Shown here piece by piece: positions 1 through 10,286 of a stretch of 64,000 bases of DNA; the first letter of the stretch is position 1, and each line of letters opens with the position of its first letter. Position numbers and translations under genes: made by a program. The notes under the pieces were generated by a model. The model made no database searches, had not been told where the DNA came from, and saw only the letters and a program-made list of their open reading frames with translations. Origin of the DNA: Candidatus Gottesmanbacteria bacterium (GTDB lineage: Bacteria; Patescibacteriota; Microgenomatia; UBA10105; UBA927); NCBI GenBank assembly GCA_023245355.1, contig JAHFKN010000001.1, positions 139,528-203,527 on the forward strand. Direction: 5' to 3'.

Positions 1-683
1 TTGGTAAACAGATTCGGAGCGAATCCTCCCTCGTACCCAACCGAGTAAACGGCATTTCTGTACTTTAGAATCTGCATCACGGATTTATATACACTGACTC
101 CGATATGAAGCGCTTCCGAAAATGCCTTGTTTGATGCGGGGATAATATGAAATTCCTGAAAATCCAGATTTCCGGCTCCGTGCTTCCCTCCGTTTATAAT
201 GTTAAACGTCGGGGTGGGGATGCGTTTTATTTCCGTCTCGACAAACGGACGGAAAAGCTGATTGATATACCGGTACAGCGGCACGCGGCTGGCATTGGCG
301 GAGGCAACTGCGACGGCCAACGAAACGCTTAAAATACTGTTGGACCCGAGATTGTGTTTATCCTGCGAGCCGTCCAGATCAATAAGCGCTTTGTCTATGG
401 CTCCCTGGTCAGTCGCGTCCATCCCCCTGATTTTGGATGCAATCGGGCCTTCGACATTGGCAACCGCTTTCAGCACTCCCATGCCACCATACCGCTTCTC
501 ATCGCCGTCCCGTAACTCGACGGATTCGTATTTCCCGAGCGACGTTCCCGCGGGTACGGATGCTACCCCCCTATATCCGCTTTCCAACACGACCATTGTT
601 TCGATCGTTGGATCGCCACGCGAATCCAGAATTTCCCGGGCTATCAGGCTATGTATTTTTGTGCTTGCTACCATAGGGAACAT
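1..683 (-). CDS. eno: Enolase, N-terminal part (runs off the window start)
   Basis: Minus-strand translation gives AREILDSRGDPTIE, SVPAGTSLGKYESVELRDGD, NIINGGKHG and GYEGGFAP. Start at 683 (overlapping the ppsA stop) or 674. Absent from the ORF track because it is truncated. Confidence 0.93.
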   Translation of the reverse strand, partial: MFPMVASTKIHSLIAREILDSRGDPTIETMVVLESGYRGVASVPAGTSLGKYESVELRDGDEKRYGGMGVLKAVANVEGPIASKIRGMDATDQGAIDKALIDLDGSQDKHNLGSNSILSVSLAVAVASANASRVPLYRYINQLFRPFVETEIKRIPTPTFNIINGGKHGAGNLDFQEFHIIPASNKAFSEALHIGVSVYKSVMQILKYRNAVYSVGYEGGFAPNLFT

Positions 684-2950
684 TATCTTTTTGACACCAC
701 CCGGTGTTCAGCAGCTGCGACCGTTGCACGGACATGATCGACTGCATCCGGATTGACTGACACGCTCGTAATCCCCCATGATACGAGCTTTTCGACGAGT
801 TCAGGATAATCCGACGGTGCCTGCCCGCACATCGATGTGGTCACGTTATATTTGGCACACGTTTTTATAACCTTTTCAAATGCCCACATAACCGAAGGGT
901 CCTGCTCTGAAAAATCATGCGCTACTTCGCTGTTATCCCGGTCAGTCCCCATGGTCAGCATCGTTAAATCGTTGGAACCGATGGAAACGCCGTCTATACC
1001 CACTTCCAGAAAATCTTCTATACGGATGACATTCGTCGGAATTTCTACCATCATCCAGAGTTTAAATGTCGATGACCGTGCAAGTCCGCTCGCCGCGACC
1101 ATTTTCTTCACTTCGGCAAGCTCATGCGGAGTACGCACAAACGGAATCATAATCCATAAATTTTTGTGCCCCATTTTATTACGGACAGTTTTTATGGCTT
1201 CCAATTCCAGTTCAAACACTTCAGGGTTGGCGATGTACCGCGCTGCTCCCCGAAATCCCAGCATGGGATTGGGTTCTTCCGGTTCAAAGGCCGCGCCTCC
1301 CTTGAGATTACGGTACTCATTTGTCTTAAAATCCGTTGTGCGGTATATGACCGGACGGGGTGAGAACGCTTCGGTAATAGTTGCAATCTGACCGGCAACC
1401 AGGTCGATAAACATCTGTTGTTTTTTGTCCGCGATTATTTTTTTCGGGTGGATTCCCACACTTGCCATGATAAATTCTGCCCGAAGAAGCCCGACCCCGT
1501 CAGCATCGAATTTACTCACTTCGCGGGCACGCCCTGCCTGAGCCAGATTCATATAGACTTTGGTCGCTGTTTTTACCCGTTCTCCGGGTCTGATTGACAT
1601 GGGTTTCGGTGCGGAAATGGAAACGGCCCCTTTGTAAATCTCTCCCGTACTGCCGTTTACGGTAATGACCACACCGTCTTTTAGCGTTTTCATGGCATTC
1701 GTCGTACCCACAACCGCAGGTATACCAAGTTCCCGTGAGACGATGGCAGCGTGCGACGTCCTGCCTCCGCGCTCGGTTACGATTGCAACCGCCTTTTTCA
1801 TCGCAGGTACGAAATCAGGATTTGTCATCTGGGCTACCAGGATGTCTCCCTGACGCACTTTGCCCAAGTCTTTGGGGCTGTAGAGTATCTGTACCGGGCC
1901 GCTTGCTATACCCGGGCTGGCGGCATCGCCTTTAAGGTATACCTCGTGTGTGCTGGAAATCGACTGTGAGGCCGTCGTCTGCTTGTTGCCAGTCGTGGTA
2001 ACGGGGCGTGTCTGGACTATATAGACCCGATTATCATCAATTGCCCATTCCACATCCTGAGGGAAGAAATAATGTTTTTCCAGCTTCTTTCCTAAGCGCG
2101 CCACTTCCAGTATCTGGGAATCCGTAAGCTTTGCTTTGGAGCCTTTTGCTTTAGGAATTATGCTTATGCTTGTTTTGACTCCCTTACGGGTCATTATTTT
2201 TTCCTGCGTGTTTATATCCTTTTCCAGAATTTTTTCCGACGCTTTGTCTACGACATAATGATCCGGCGTTACGGCGCCCTGCACGATCATTTCTCCCAAC
2301 CCGTAAATTGCATCCACGACTACTTTGCTTTTGTCATTTGTGACGGGATCCAGCGTAAACATGACGCCAGAATACTGCGACTGCACCATGCGCTGCACGG
2401 GAATCGCGATGCCGACTTTAAAGTGATCGAATTTATTGGTAGCCCGGTAGAATATTGCGCGGGCCGTAAATAAACTTGCCCAGGCCTCTTTTACTTTTTC
2501 CAGAAGATTTGCCTCGCCCTCCACATTGAGAAATGTAGCCTGTTGGCCGGCAAATGACGCAGTGGGTAAATCCTCGGCCGTTGCTGAAGACCGTACGGCA
2601 ACAAGCGGATGTTTAAGAAGCCCCCGTTCCAAATGAAAATATGCACGCATCACCTCGGTTGCGATATCTTTGGGAAATTGTGAGCGGGTAATTCTGCGCT
2701 GGATTTCAACGGAAGCATGCTCCAATTCCTTGCTGTTATTGACGTTTAAGCCCCGCAGCAATTCGGCTAAATCGTCCCGCAGTTTCGCTTCATCGAGGAA
2801 ATGAAAATATGCCTGCGCCGTCACGATAAATCCGTTCGGCACCGGAAATCCCGCCTTGGTCATCTCACCCAAATTCGCGCCTTTCCCTCCGACGATACCG
2901 ATATCTTCACGGTCTACATCTTTGAACCAGACGACGAATTTTTTAGCCAT
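683..2950 (-). CDS. ppsA: Phosphoenolpyruvate synthase
   Basis: VGGKGANLGEM, AVRSSATAEDLPTASFAGQQ, GGRTSHAAIVSRELG phospho-His motif and SIGSNDL. Likely start is MAKKFVV at 2950. Confidence 0.95.
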   Translation of the reverse strand: MAKKFVVWFKDVDREDIGIVGGKGANLGEMTKAGFPVPNGFIVTAQAYFHFLDEAKLRDDLAELLRGLNVNNSKELEHASVEIQRRITRSQFPKDIATEVMRAYFHLERGLLKHPLVAVRSSATAEDLPTASFAGQQATFLNVEGEANLLEKVKEAWASLFTARAIFYRATNKFDHFKVGIAIPVQRMVQSQYSGVMFTLDPVTNDKSKVVVDAIYGLGEMIVQGAVTPDHYVVDKASEKILEKDINTQEKIMTRKGVKTSISIIPKAKGSKAKLTDSQILEVARLGKKLEKHYFFPQDVEWAIDDNRVYIVQTRPVTTTGNKQTTASQSISSTHEVYLKGDAASPGIASGPVQILYSPKDLGKVRQGDILVAQMTNPDFVPAMKKAVAIVTERGGRTSHAAIVSRELGIPAVVGTTNAMKTLKDGVVITVNGSTGEIYKGAVSISAPKPMSIRPGERVKTATKVYMNLAQAGRAREVSKFDADGVGLLRAEFIMASVGIHPKKIIADKKQQMFIDLVAGQIATITEAFSPRPVIYRTTDFKTNEYRNLKGGAAFEPEEPNPMLGFRGAARYIANPEVFELELEAIKTVRNKMGHKNLWIMIPFVRTPHELAEVKKMVAASGLARSSTFKLWMMVEIPTNVIRIEDFLEVGIDGVSIGSNDLTMLTMGTDRDNSEVAHDFSEQDPSVMWAFEKVIKTCAKYNVTTSMCGQAPSDYPELVEKLVSWGITSVSVNPDAVDHVRATVAAAEHRVVSKR

Positions 2951-3057
2951 ATAATCAGTATGGGTAATTTGTATAAAAATCGCAAGTGCTATATTGCAAA
3001 AACGAACCCGGGAATTCCCGGCAAACATTGTGGCTGTCGCCCCGAAAAATCCGTCCG

Positions 3058-3975
3058 TTATCCGTTTGCCGGCACGATAACTTCAAACTTCTCCGGTTTA
3101 CCGTACGCCTTCGGACCGTAATCAGTGCAGAACCCCGTTATATGCTCTTTAAAATACTGGGGTTTAGCTCGTTGTATTTGTCCGCAAATGTAATATGTCA
3201 GACATTCAACAAACCCGAAACCTGCGGTAGCCGGCAACGGGATAAACCACCGGTGATCCTTATGGCCGAAATACGGATTTTCGTTACCGACGGAGATGAC
3301 CAGTTCGTTCTCCCACGGATGTACGAATTTGGCGTGGCGGGATATGCCTTGGGAATTAGCCCGAATCATGACATGCGGACCGAACAGTTCATCACGCTTA
3401 ATTTCCACCATAGGGGCAATTGATTGAAATGTATCCGGCAGCACAAATGCATAGGCATCGTACGAGCCGAAATTCGGCGGAAGGGAAACCGACTCAATAA
3501 ACTTTTTTATATCAGCAGGATTCTCGTGGCTGGCAGACAAAATCATTCCAAGATACGTGGACGTGTTATATGTGTACGGCTCGGCAATACTTTTGTAAGA
3601 ATATACCGTGTCCGAAATTTTTGCGGCGGACGATCCCGGCTTACAGGTAAGCAGTGTCGTTTTTAACCCAAGGGATTTCGCAAATTCAATCTCCCATACG
3701 GAATCCTTCTCGCCTGAGGCCGAGATCACGACCGTATCCCTGATCAGTTTCTGAGCTATCGCCTCCTTGTAGGCTTCTGCAAGTGCTTTGAAATTACTTT
3801 CATCGCCGATAATGGCGGCTCGTCCTGAAAAAATAATACGTCCCGTATGTGACGCGTTGCCGCTCCCGATAACGAACGGGTACGAAAAGCTGGATACGTC
3901 AAGTGACGGAGGCAACGAACCGGCAAAAAAATCAAGACTTTGCTTTACTATTTCATCCAATGTCGCTATTTCCAT
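3058..3975 (-). CDS. SIS-like sugar-phosphate isomerase/binding protein
   Basis: VIGSGNA and VVISASGE motifs resemble the SIS fold; lies among sugar-phosphate genes. Confidence 0.55.
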   Translation of the reverse strand: MEIATLDEIVKQSLDFFAGSLPPSLDVSSFSYPFVIGSGNASHTGRIIFSGRAAIIGDESNFKALAEAYKEAIAQKLIRDTVVISASGEKDSVWEIEFAKSLGLKTTLLTCKPGSSAAKISDTVYSYKSIAEPYTYNTSTYLGMILSASHENPADIKKFIESVSLPPNFGSYDAYAFVLPDTFQSIAPMVEIKRDELFGPHVMIRANSQGISRHAKFVHPWENELVISVGNENPYFGHKDHRWFIPLPATAGFGFVECLTYYICGQIQRAKPQYFKEHITGFCTDYGPKAYGKPEKFEVIVPANG

Positions 3976-4001
3976 AGTAGCTCCTTTCACTGATACTGAC
4001 G

Positions 4002-5189
4002 TTAATACGATATGAGTACCTCGGTGTTGCCAACTCCGGCCTGCAGCGTGTACTCTCCGCATGAGGCAGGAACGAACACGGAATGACCCTGACCTGCGCG
4101 GACGGAAACCGTACCGGAAATGACTTCAATTTCACCGCTTTTTACGAACAGATGACGGAATGTATCTATGGATTCCGTAAATTCAGCGTTCTTTGCCCGG
4201 AACCGAATTCTGTCCATGGAATAATATTTGGATTCCAGCAGCCGTTCATGAGAGAACGACGGGCTTTCCGATATCAGGACTGCGCTCCGCATATGGGTTT
4301 TCGGGTCATTTGCTGATTCCGACCGGTCTGCGTACGCAAAGTATTCCTCTATCTGGAGCGGACGCAAATTGCCGTCCCCGGACATTTTCCCCTTATCGAA
4401 ACTCCGGAGTGTTGCCACATCATCCAGAACATTGAGCTGTATTTCATACAGGACATTTCCCAACGGAATTGTTTTGAGATCCTCTTCCCAGGAATGATGG
4501 ATACCACAGGGTGACAAATCCAACAGCGTGCCGGGTTCTACCCTGACCAGATTGACGTATTGCCACGGATCGTATTGTTTAACTAAGTCAGTTATTTTTC
4601 CTTTGGCATCGTCATACGGCATCTTACCGTGGGCGACCGCACGCGCGATATCCTGCATGCGCGCCTCGAGCTCCAGCATCGCGTGTTTGTACGCCTCCCA
4701 GGACACGCCTTTTTTGACGCCGCATGTGATAAGTCCGGGTTCGAAGTAATACCATGATTCGGGTTTCGGTTTCCATTTCGGGTTCTGTATGCCGTCCGGA
4801 ATATGCAGTTGAAACGAATTGCCCAGCGCCTGCGTGTATTTGAGCAACAGATGCATAATCGGGCCGTATTCTTTTGCGATGCGGCTCCCTAACACTGCGG
4901 TTGCATCTTCCGAAATAAGACTCGCTATTGCAACGGAGTACTCAGGCGCGGATTGAACCGCAACCTGCTTGTTATCCGTTATTTCGCCGAAAAAACGCGG
5001 ATCACTGCTGGAAAGCGCCAATGACAGATTGCTTTTGTCGTATAACTCGTAGGATTGTCCGATTTTTTTCCCTGCAAGATCAGGCCTGTTTTGCCAGCCT
5101 TTGCTCTCTGCGATATATGTGCCTCCCCATGTGGGTTGCTCAATGAGCTTCGGAATGACCAGATACGGGCGTGTCAGATTACTCCTCAT
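4002..5189 (-). CDS. Mannose-6-phosphate isomerase-like cupin protein (type I PMI-like)
   Basis: PTWGG, IGQSYEL, LLLKY..SFQLH, KPESWY, GIHH and YEIQ pattern. ATGA overlap with the upstream gene. Confidence 0.7.
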   Translation of the reverse strand: MRSNLTRPYLVIPKLIEQPTWGGTYIAESKGWQNRPDLAGKKIGQSYELYDKSNLSLALSSSDPRFFGEITDNKQVAVQSAPEYSVAIASLISEDATAVLGSRIAKEYGPIMHLLLKYTQALGNSFQLHIPDGIQNPKWKPKPESWYYFEPGLITCGVKKGVSWEAYKHAMLELEARMQDIARAVAHGKMPYDDAKGKITDLVKQYDPWQYVNLVRVEPGTLLDLSPCGIHHSWEEDLKTIPLGNVLYEIQLNVLDDVATLRSFDKGKMSGDGNLRPLQIEEYFAYADRSESANDPKTHMRSAVLISESPSFSHERLLESKYYSMDRIRFRAKNAEFTESIDTFRHLFVKSGEIEVISGTVSVRAGQGHSVFVPASCGEYTLQAGVGNTEVLISY

Positions 5190-5878
5190 GGTTTTCTCCA
5201 AATAAGCCCCAGGATTCGCGGCATTTCCCCATCTTCCGATACTTCCTGCATTTGGTCAAGCCGGAGGGAACCTGAAAACGCATTGACATAGGCGGCTACG
5301 GTACGGTGATAGTAGGTAAGTTTCGCTTTCCCCCACAGGGAATGTTTTTCCCGTAATCCTTCAGAGAAATACGACGCGGATGTGATAAATTTGCTGTTTG
5401 TCTTCCCGACAAGTTCCTGTGCCCGCATAAACAGCGCGTGTCCGGGGTGATCCAGCACGACAATTGCCGTGCCGCCGGAGGCCAGAAGTGTCACGACGTT
5501 AGAAACCAAGCCGCCAAGCGACGGAAGATATTGCACCACCATATTACATATCACGACATCAGCCACTCCCGGTTTGAGAGCCAGAGGTTTCGTGATATCA
5601 GAAAGCATGAAAAAGGTAGAAGGCAGTACTTTCGTCCGGTTTTTCGCTTTTTCCAGAAGCTGTGCTGAATAATCTATACCGATATAGGAACCCGGAGAGG
5701 GCAATTTATTGTACAGATATCCGTTGCCGCATCCTAAATCGACGACGGTTTTTCCTGTCGTATCCCCGGCATGTGTCAGAATAAGCGGATCGATATATTT
5801 GGTATGCAGCGCGTCTCCGCCGTCACCTATGCGTTCATCTACCAAATCCGCATACTGATCCCACTGGTTAGTGCTCAT
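5186..5878 (-). CDS. Class I SAM-dependent methyltransferase
   Basis: VVDLGCGNG motif I, followed by GIDYS. Confidence 0.85.
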   Translation of the reverse strand: MSTNQWDQYADLVDERIGDGGDALHTKYIDPLILTHAGDTTGKTVVDLGCGNGYLYNKLPSPGSYIGIDYSAQLLEKAKNRTKVLPSTFFMLSDITKPLALKPGVADVVICNMVVQYLPSLGGLVSNVVTLLASGGTAIVVLDHPGHALFMRAQELVGKTNSKFITSASYFSEGLREKHSLWGKAKLTYYHRTVAAYVNAFSGSLRLDQMQEVSEDGEMPRILGLIWRKP

Positions 5879-5885
5879 GCGTCAT

Positions 5886-7304
5886 TTATTGCAGTGCGGC
5901 AGTGTTCACGCCGGACGAGAAATCCACTTCCGCAACGTTATGGAGGATATCCGAAACCTGTTTTTTCAGGATGTCGTACGCCTCCTGGGTTTTACCCTCA
6001 AATTTGACGGTAAGATAGGGCCCGTTCTGGCTGGCCCGCACGATTAACATCTCTTTTTCGGTATCCATGCGTACGCCGTCAATTTCCACATACGCCGCAT
6101 CGGGATAGAGTTTTTTGATCTCTCCGCCGATTTTTTCGCTGACTACAGCAAACTTCACCGCATCGGGGCATCCGACTTTTATCTCCGGACTGGAGACGTA
6201 CTGAGGCAATTCGTCGATAACCTGTGCCAGTGTTTTATCGACTCTGGTCAAATACGCCAAAAGCCGCAACGTGGCGATTGCTCCGTCATCATGGCCGTAA
6301 AAATTATCCATAAAGAAAAAATGTCCGGATAATTCTCCGCCGAACGGGGACCGTGCTTCGCGCACTTTTGCTTTGATAAACGAGTGTCCAGTCTTCCACA
6401 TCACGGGCGTGCCTCCGTGGCTGCGTATGACTTCATCAACCTGTTTGGAGCAAAGTGCGTTATAGACGATGTTGGCCCCCGGCAACGAGCCGAGCACATC
6501 GACAGCAAAGATCGACACGAGGACGTCATTCCAGATAAGTCGCCCCGTATGATCGACAATACCGATCCTATCTCCGTCACAATCATAGGAAAATCCCATA
6601 TCCGCTTTCTCTGCTAACACCCGTTTCGCAAGCCGTTCCTGCACGTCGTGCTCAGTCGGATCGGGTGTTCCCACCGGGAAATTTCCGTCGGGGGTGGTAT
6701 TCTGTTCGATGACCTCACACCCGAATGTCCGCAGAATATCCGGCAGATATATGCCGGTAGTCGCGGCACATGAGTCTACAACGACTTTAAAGCGCTTAAT
6801 CGTGTCTGTGCGGCGCTTCAGATCGTCGATATACTCCTGTTTTATGTCTTTTTGGATCACAACACCCTTAGGGCTTCGGGTAACGAACTTTCCGGATTTT
6901 ACGAGATCCCGGAGATCAATAATCTCCTCCGATAACATCGTCTCCGAAAAACCCATTCCGAACTTAAATCCGTTATATTCTTTCGGATTATGCGACGCGG
7001 TAATCATCACGAGCCCTTTGGTGCGGAAGAAATAGCCGGCAAAGTACGTAATCTGTGAAAGCGTCATGCCGATATCATACACGGTAATTCCTGAGTCAGT
7101 AAGCCCTTTTACCATCGCATCGCGGAATTCCGGACTTGAAAGGCGGCAGTCGTACCCGACAACACAATCATAAATCCTCCGCTGCAACAGCCAGGTGGCG
7201 TAGCCTCTCGCCAGGAGTTCGACGCGCTCGGCATCCAGTTCGCTTCCGACTAACCCCCTCAAGTCATATCCACGAAACACATGATCCGGTATTTGGGTTG
7301 CCAT
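5886..7304 (-). CDS. Phosphomannomutase/phosphoglucomutase
   Basis: FRGYDLRG, ITASHNP, DCDGDR and GELSGH motifs. Confidence 0.93.
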   Translation of the reverse strand: MATQIPDHVFRGYDLRGLVGSELDAERVELLARGYATWLLQRRIYDCVVGYDCRLSSPEFRDAMVKGLTDSGITVYDIGMTLSQITYFAGYFFRTKGLVMITASHNPKEYNGFKFGMGFSETMLSEEIIDLRDLVKSGKFVTRSPKGVVIQKDIKQEYIDDLKRRTDTIKRFKVVVDSCAATTGIYLPDILRTFGCEVIEQNTTPDGNFPVGTPDPTEHDVQERLAKRVLAEKADMGFSYDCDGDRIGIVDHTGRLIWNDVLVSIFAVDVLGSLPGANIVYNALCSKQVDEVIRSHGGTPVMWKTGHSFIKAKVREARSPFGGELSGHFFFMDNFYGHDDGAIATLRLLAYLTRVDKTLAQVIDELPQYVSSPEIKVGCPDAVKFAVVSEKIGGEIKKLYPDAAYVEIDGVRMDTEKEMLIVRASQNGPYLTVKFEGKTQEAYDILKKQVSDILHNVAEVDFSSGVNTAALQ

Positions 7305-7315
7305 AATGCCTCCTT

Positions 7316-8005
7316 TTAGAGTTTGATAATGAATTGCTCCAATAATTGCGCAAGCGTAAACGGAGTGGCGCCCGTTTTTATCGCGATGTCGATAGCCAGA
7401 AGTTCTTCATGCATAGCGACGAGTTGTTCAATCGTAAAGTGTCTCGCCTGTGCTGTCAAGCGACCTGCCTGCCAGCTCTGCAGCCCGTCGGGAGTTATGT
7501 GATCCGCCAATTGAATAAGCTGGCGCACGCGCCGCACAATCAGGACAAATACAACCTCAGCTGCTTCGTGTGCTACCGTGTCCGAAAAATACGCCAGTGT
7601 CGTTTTCGCATTGCCCGGCCGCAGGCTGTCCAGAAACTGAAACAATATGACAGGGGTCTTAAAAAGAAACACGGAAGCGGCAGAACCGAGTTTCGCAAGC
7701 GTTGTTTTATCAATCTCTTTCTCTTCATACAGGATAATGTCAGCGGATGAACTTGCGTCCAGAATTTTCGAGAGGGTAGACGCAAACGCTTTTTCGCGTT
7801 TCTTGGCGCTACTTATAAATCCTTCTATGATGACGCATACGTCAGTACCAAACAGCGACGAAGATTCCAGTGCGACGACGAGCGACGTCGGGTCTATATG
7901 CTTGCCGTCTATTTCCCGTACCTCGCGGTTCTTGACCGCCGCTTTGAGCTCGGTAAGCTTTTTCCGTGCCGATTCCGGCTGATCTCCATGCAGTACGTAC
8001 AACAT
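7316..8005 (-). CDS. holA: DNA polymerase III delta subunit (short form)
   Basis: N-terminal MLYVLHGD, SLFG, and C-terminal D..IKTG..LEQFI. Confidence 0.75.
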   Translation of the reverse strand: MLYVLHGDQPESARKKLTELKAAVKNREVREIDGKHIDPTSLVVALESSSLFGTDVCVIIEGFISSAKKREKAFASTLSKILDASSSADIILYEEKEIDKTTLAKLGSAASVFLFKTPVILFQFLDSLRPGNAKTTLAYFSDTVAHEAAEVVFVLIVRRVRQLIQLADHITPDGLQSWQAGRLTAQARHFTIEQLVAMHEELLAIDIAIKTGATPFTLAQLLEQFIIKL

Positions 8006-8011
8006 AATGAT

Positions 8012-8401
8012 TTATTTTCTGCTGCTCATCGCCTCTTTGTATGCCTGAAACAGCCGTTCAACCGTCCGGTGATCGATGTAGGTGTGTCTCCCCCGGTGGG
8101 GAACAAGCGCGCCGGAAAAGTTTTTCGGAATATGCATAAGCTCATGGATAATGACTCGCGTTTTATCATCGTCGGATAAATGATCAAAATGATGGCTCAA
8201 TACCTCGATGACATAATGTGCGGGCAGATGCAGTGCCTGCTGCCAGATCTTGGGGAAGCTCCATATGCGCGCTCTCGCTCTGCTGGTGGCTCCCGTACTG
8301 CGCATACAGACAACGCGCTTCGGATCCACCTGTCCGAATAGCCGGGTTTTCAGCACGGATTTCATGATCTTCGTCACATCTGGTGCGAGCGTTATATCCA
8401 T
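8012..8401 (-). CDS. Putative metallopeptidase (phage-metallopeptidase-like)
   Basis: HELMH zincin motif and ARIW..YVIEV. Likely start is MDITL. Confidence 0.7.
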   Translation of the reverse strand: MDITLAPDVTKIMKSVLKTRLFGQVDPKRVVCMRSTGATSRARARIWSFPKIWQQALHLPAHYVIEVLSHHFDHLSDDDKTRVIIHELMHIPKNFSGALVPHRGRHTYIDHRTVERLFQAYKEAMSSRK

Positions 8402-8406
8402 AATTA

Positions 8407-8838
8407 TTACGCGCTTTTGCGTCCAGGGAGTTTTGTATATGCCTGTTCTAAAAGCGGCACGTTCGTTTTCGGATACCCGATCATACGTTCTGCGTGTTTC
8501 CATTCAACCCATTGTGCCTCGGAAATCCCCTCCTCAACCTGCACATGCGGCGTCTGCAGCGTCTTACTCCTGAACAGGAAATAGTGCACGGTTTTTTTAA
8601 TCGACTTTTTACGGAAATACCAATACATTGTGGGGGTAAGTTCCGCCACATACGTTAGGTTGTTTAATCCCACCTCTTCTTCGATTTCCCGGGTTGCAGT
8701 ATCCAAAAGATGCTCTCCCTTTTCAATTTTTCCCTTCGGAAACGTCCAGTTACCGCTCTGATCTTTCATGATCAGTACGCGCCATGAACCGGTTCCTTTA
8801 TATACGATGATGCCTCCTGCAGAAACCTCTGTATTCAT
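8407..8838 (-). CDS. NUDIX hydrolase
   Basis: Nudix box GKIEKGEHLLDTATREIEEEVG. Confidence 0.9.
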   Translation of the reverse strand: MNTEVSAGGIIVYKGTGSWRVLIMKDQSGNWTFPKGKIEKGEHLLDTATREIEEEVGLNNLTYVAELTPTMYWYFRKKSIKKTVHYFLFRSKTLQTPHVQVEEGISEAQWVEWKHAERMIGYPKTNVPLLEQAYTKLPGRKSA

Positions 8839-9092
8839 TCTGTCGTAAGTAAATAAAGCTCGTCGCCCGGCTTTACCGGCTCGTTTACCTGTATGCCGCA
8901 GGACTCTCCGGGTTCGACTTTCAGCACTTTCGCATGTTCTATCTGCATAGATGTAATAATCTGATTAAATTCCTTGTCGTGGCCGGATATTTTTACCGTA
9001 TCACCGACTTTCAGCGACTGATTCATGACTTCTATGACGGCAACCTGCAGCTTGTCATAGTAGTGAGTGACTCTGCCTATCTGTATATCCAT
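8835..9092 (-). CDS. Small beta-barrel protein (translation-factor-like/U32 C-terminal-like)
   Basis: IGRVTHYYDKLQVAVI..LKVGD..SMQIEH pattern. Confidence 0.65.
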   Translation of the reverse strand: MDIQIGRVTHYYDKLQVAVIEVMNQSLKVGDTVKISGHDKEFNQIITSMQIEHAKVLKVEPGESCGIQVNEPVKPGDELYLLTTE

Positions 9093-9099
9093 GTCATAA

Positions 9100-10278
9100 T
9101 CACCCCTTCCTATTGTAATACCTCTTGCCTTTCAGTTTGTCGGGCAACAAGCTTTCGCTTGTGTATGCCTGATATCCGCTGCCGTATCCTAGGTTTTTCA
9201 TAAGTGTGGTCGGGGCATTCCGGATGACGAGCGGAATCGGAAGATTGCCGTACTTTCTCACGTCATCAAGCGCTGCAAAGTACGCATCATAACTACTGCG
9301 GTCTTTTTTCGCAAGGCAAAGATATACAACGCCGTGCGCCAGGTTTTCCTGGCACTCGGGATACCCGATCTTATGACACGCATCGAACACCGCGTTTGCC
9401 ACCACCAGGGCTGTCGGCTGAATAACTCCGATATCCTCTGACGCAAATACGATCATGCGCCTCGCAATAAACAGCGGATCTTCGCCGGCCGCTACCATAC
9501 GGGCAAGATAATACAATGCCGCATCGGTGTCGCTTGCCCGCATGCTTTTGATAAACGCGCTTATCGTGTTGTAATGCTCATCGCCTACCCGGTCGTACTG
9601 GAGCATTTTGCGCTGTGCGGCTTCCTCTATGTCTTTAACGCTTATCTTTTTACCTTTAACGATTGACGCGGCAATTTCGAGTGTTGTAAGGAGTGCACGG
9701 GCGTCCCCGTTTGCCACCTCCAGTAAAAATTTCCTGCCCTCCCTGTCTATGGTCTTTTTCACATAGGTAAGGCCCGTATCTAGAATTTTTGTAAGTGCGC
9801 CTTCGTCCAAGGGCTTTAATACCAGCACGCGACAGCGGGATAACAGTGCACTGATGACTTCAAAAGACGGGTTCTCCGTGGTCGCGCCGATAAATATGAT
9901 GGTCCCTTTTTCGACGTGCGGCAGTAGGGAATCCTGTTGGGCTTTGTTAAATCTGTGGATTTCATCGATGAAAAAGACCGTACGTTTGCCTGATGTATCG
10001 AGGAGTTTTTGTGCGTCGGCAACTATGGCGCGAAGCTCTGAAAGCGTCGTATTGACGGCGGATCTGGAGACAAATTCAGCATCGCTAAGATGTGCCAGTA
10101 AATACGCCAACGTCGTCTTCCCACTTCCGGGCGGACCCCAAAACACCATAGACGGCAGAAAATCAGCACGCAGGAGTTTCCGAATGATGCCTGACGGCCC
10201 GACTAAATGATCCTGACCGATAACGTCATCAAGCGAACCGGGACGGAGAATTTCAGCTAAAGGACGGCTGTCTGCCAT
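9100..10278 (-). CDS. rarA: Replication-associated recombination protein A (RarA/MgsA AAA+ ATPase)
   Basis: PLAEILRP, GPPGSGKTT, DEIHRFNKAQQD, GATTENPSF and SAFIKSMRASD. Confidence 0.95.
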   Translation of the reverse strand: MADSRPLAEILRPGSLDDVIGQDHLVGPSGIIRKLLRADFLPSMVFWGPPGSGKTTLAYLLAHLSDAEFVSRSAVNTTLSELRAIVADAQKLLDTSGKRTVFFIDEIHRFNKAQQDSLLPHVEKGTIIFIGATTENPSFEVISALLSRCRVLVLKPLDEGALTKILDTGLTYVKKTIDREGRKFLLEVANGDARALLTTLEIAASIVKGKKISVKDIEEAAQRKMLQYDRVGDEHYNTISAFIKSMRASDTDAALYYLARMVAAGEDPLFIARRMIVFASEDIGVIQPTALVVANAVFDACHKIGYPECQENLAHGVVYLCLAKKDRSSYDAYFAALDDVRKYGNLPIPLVIRNAPTTLMKNLGYGSGYQAYTSESLLPDKLKGKRYYNRKG

Positions 10279-10286
10279 GCTGGCCA

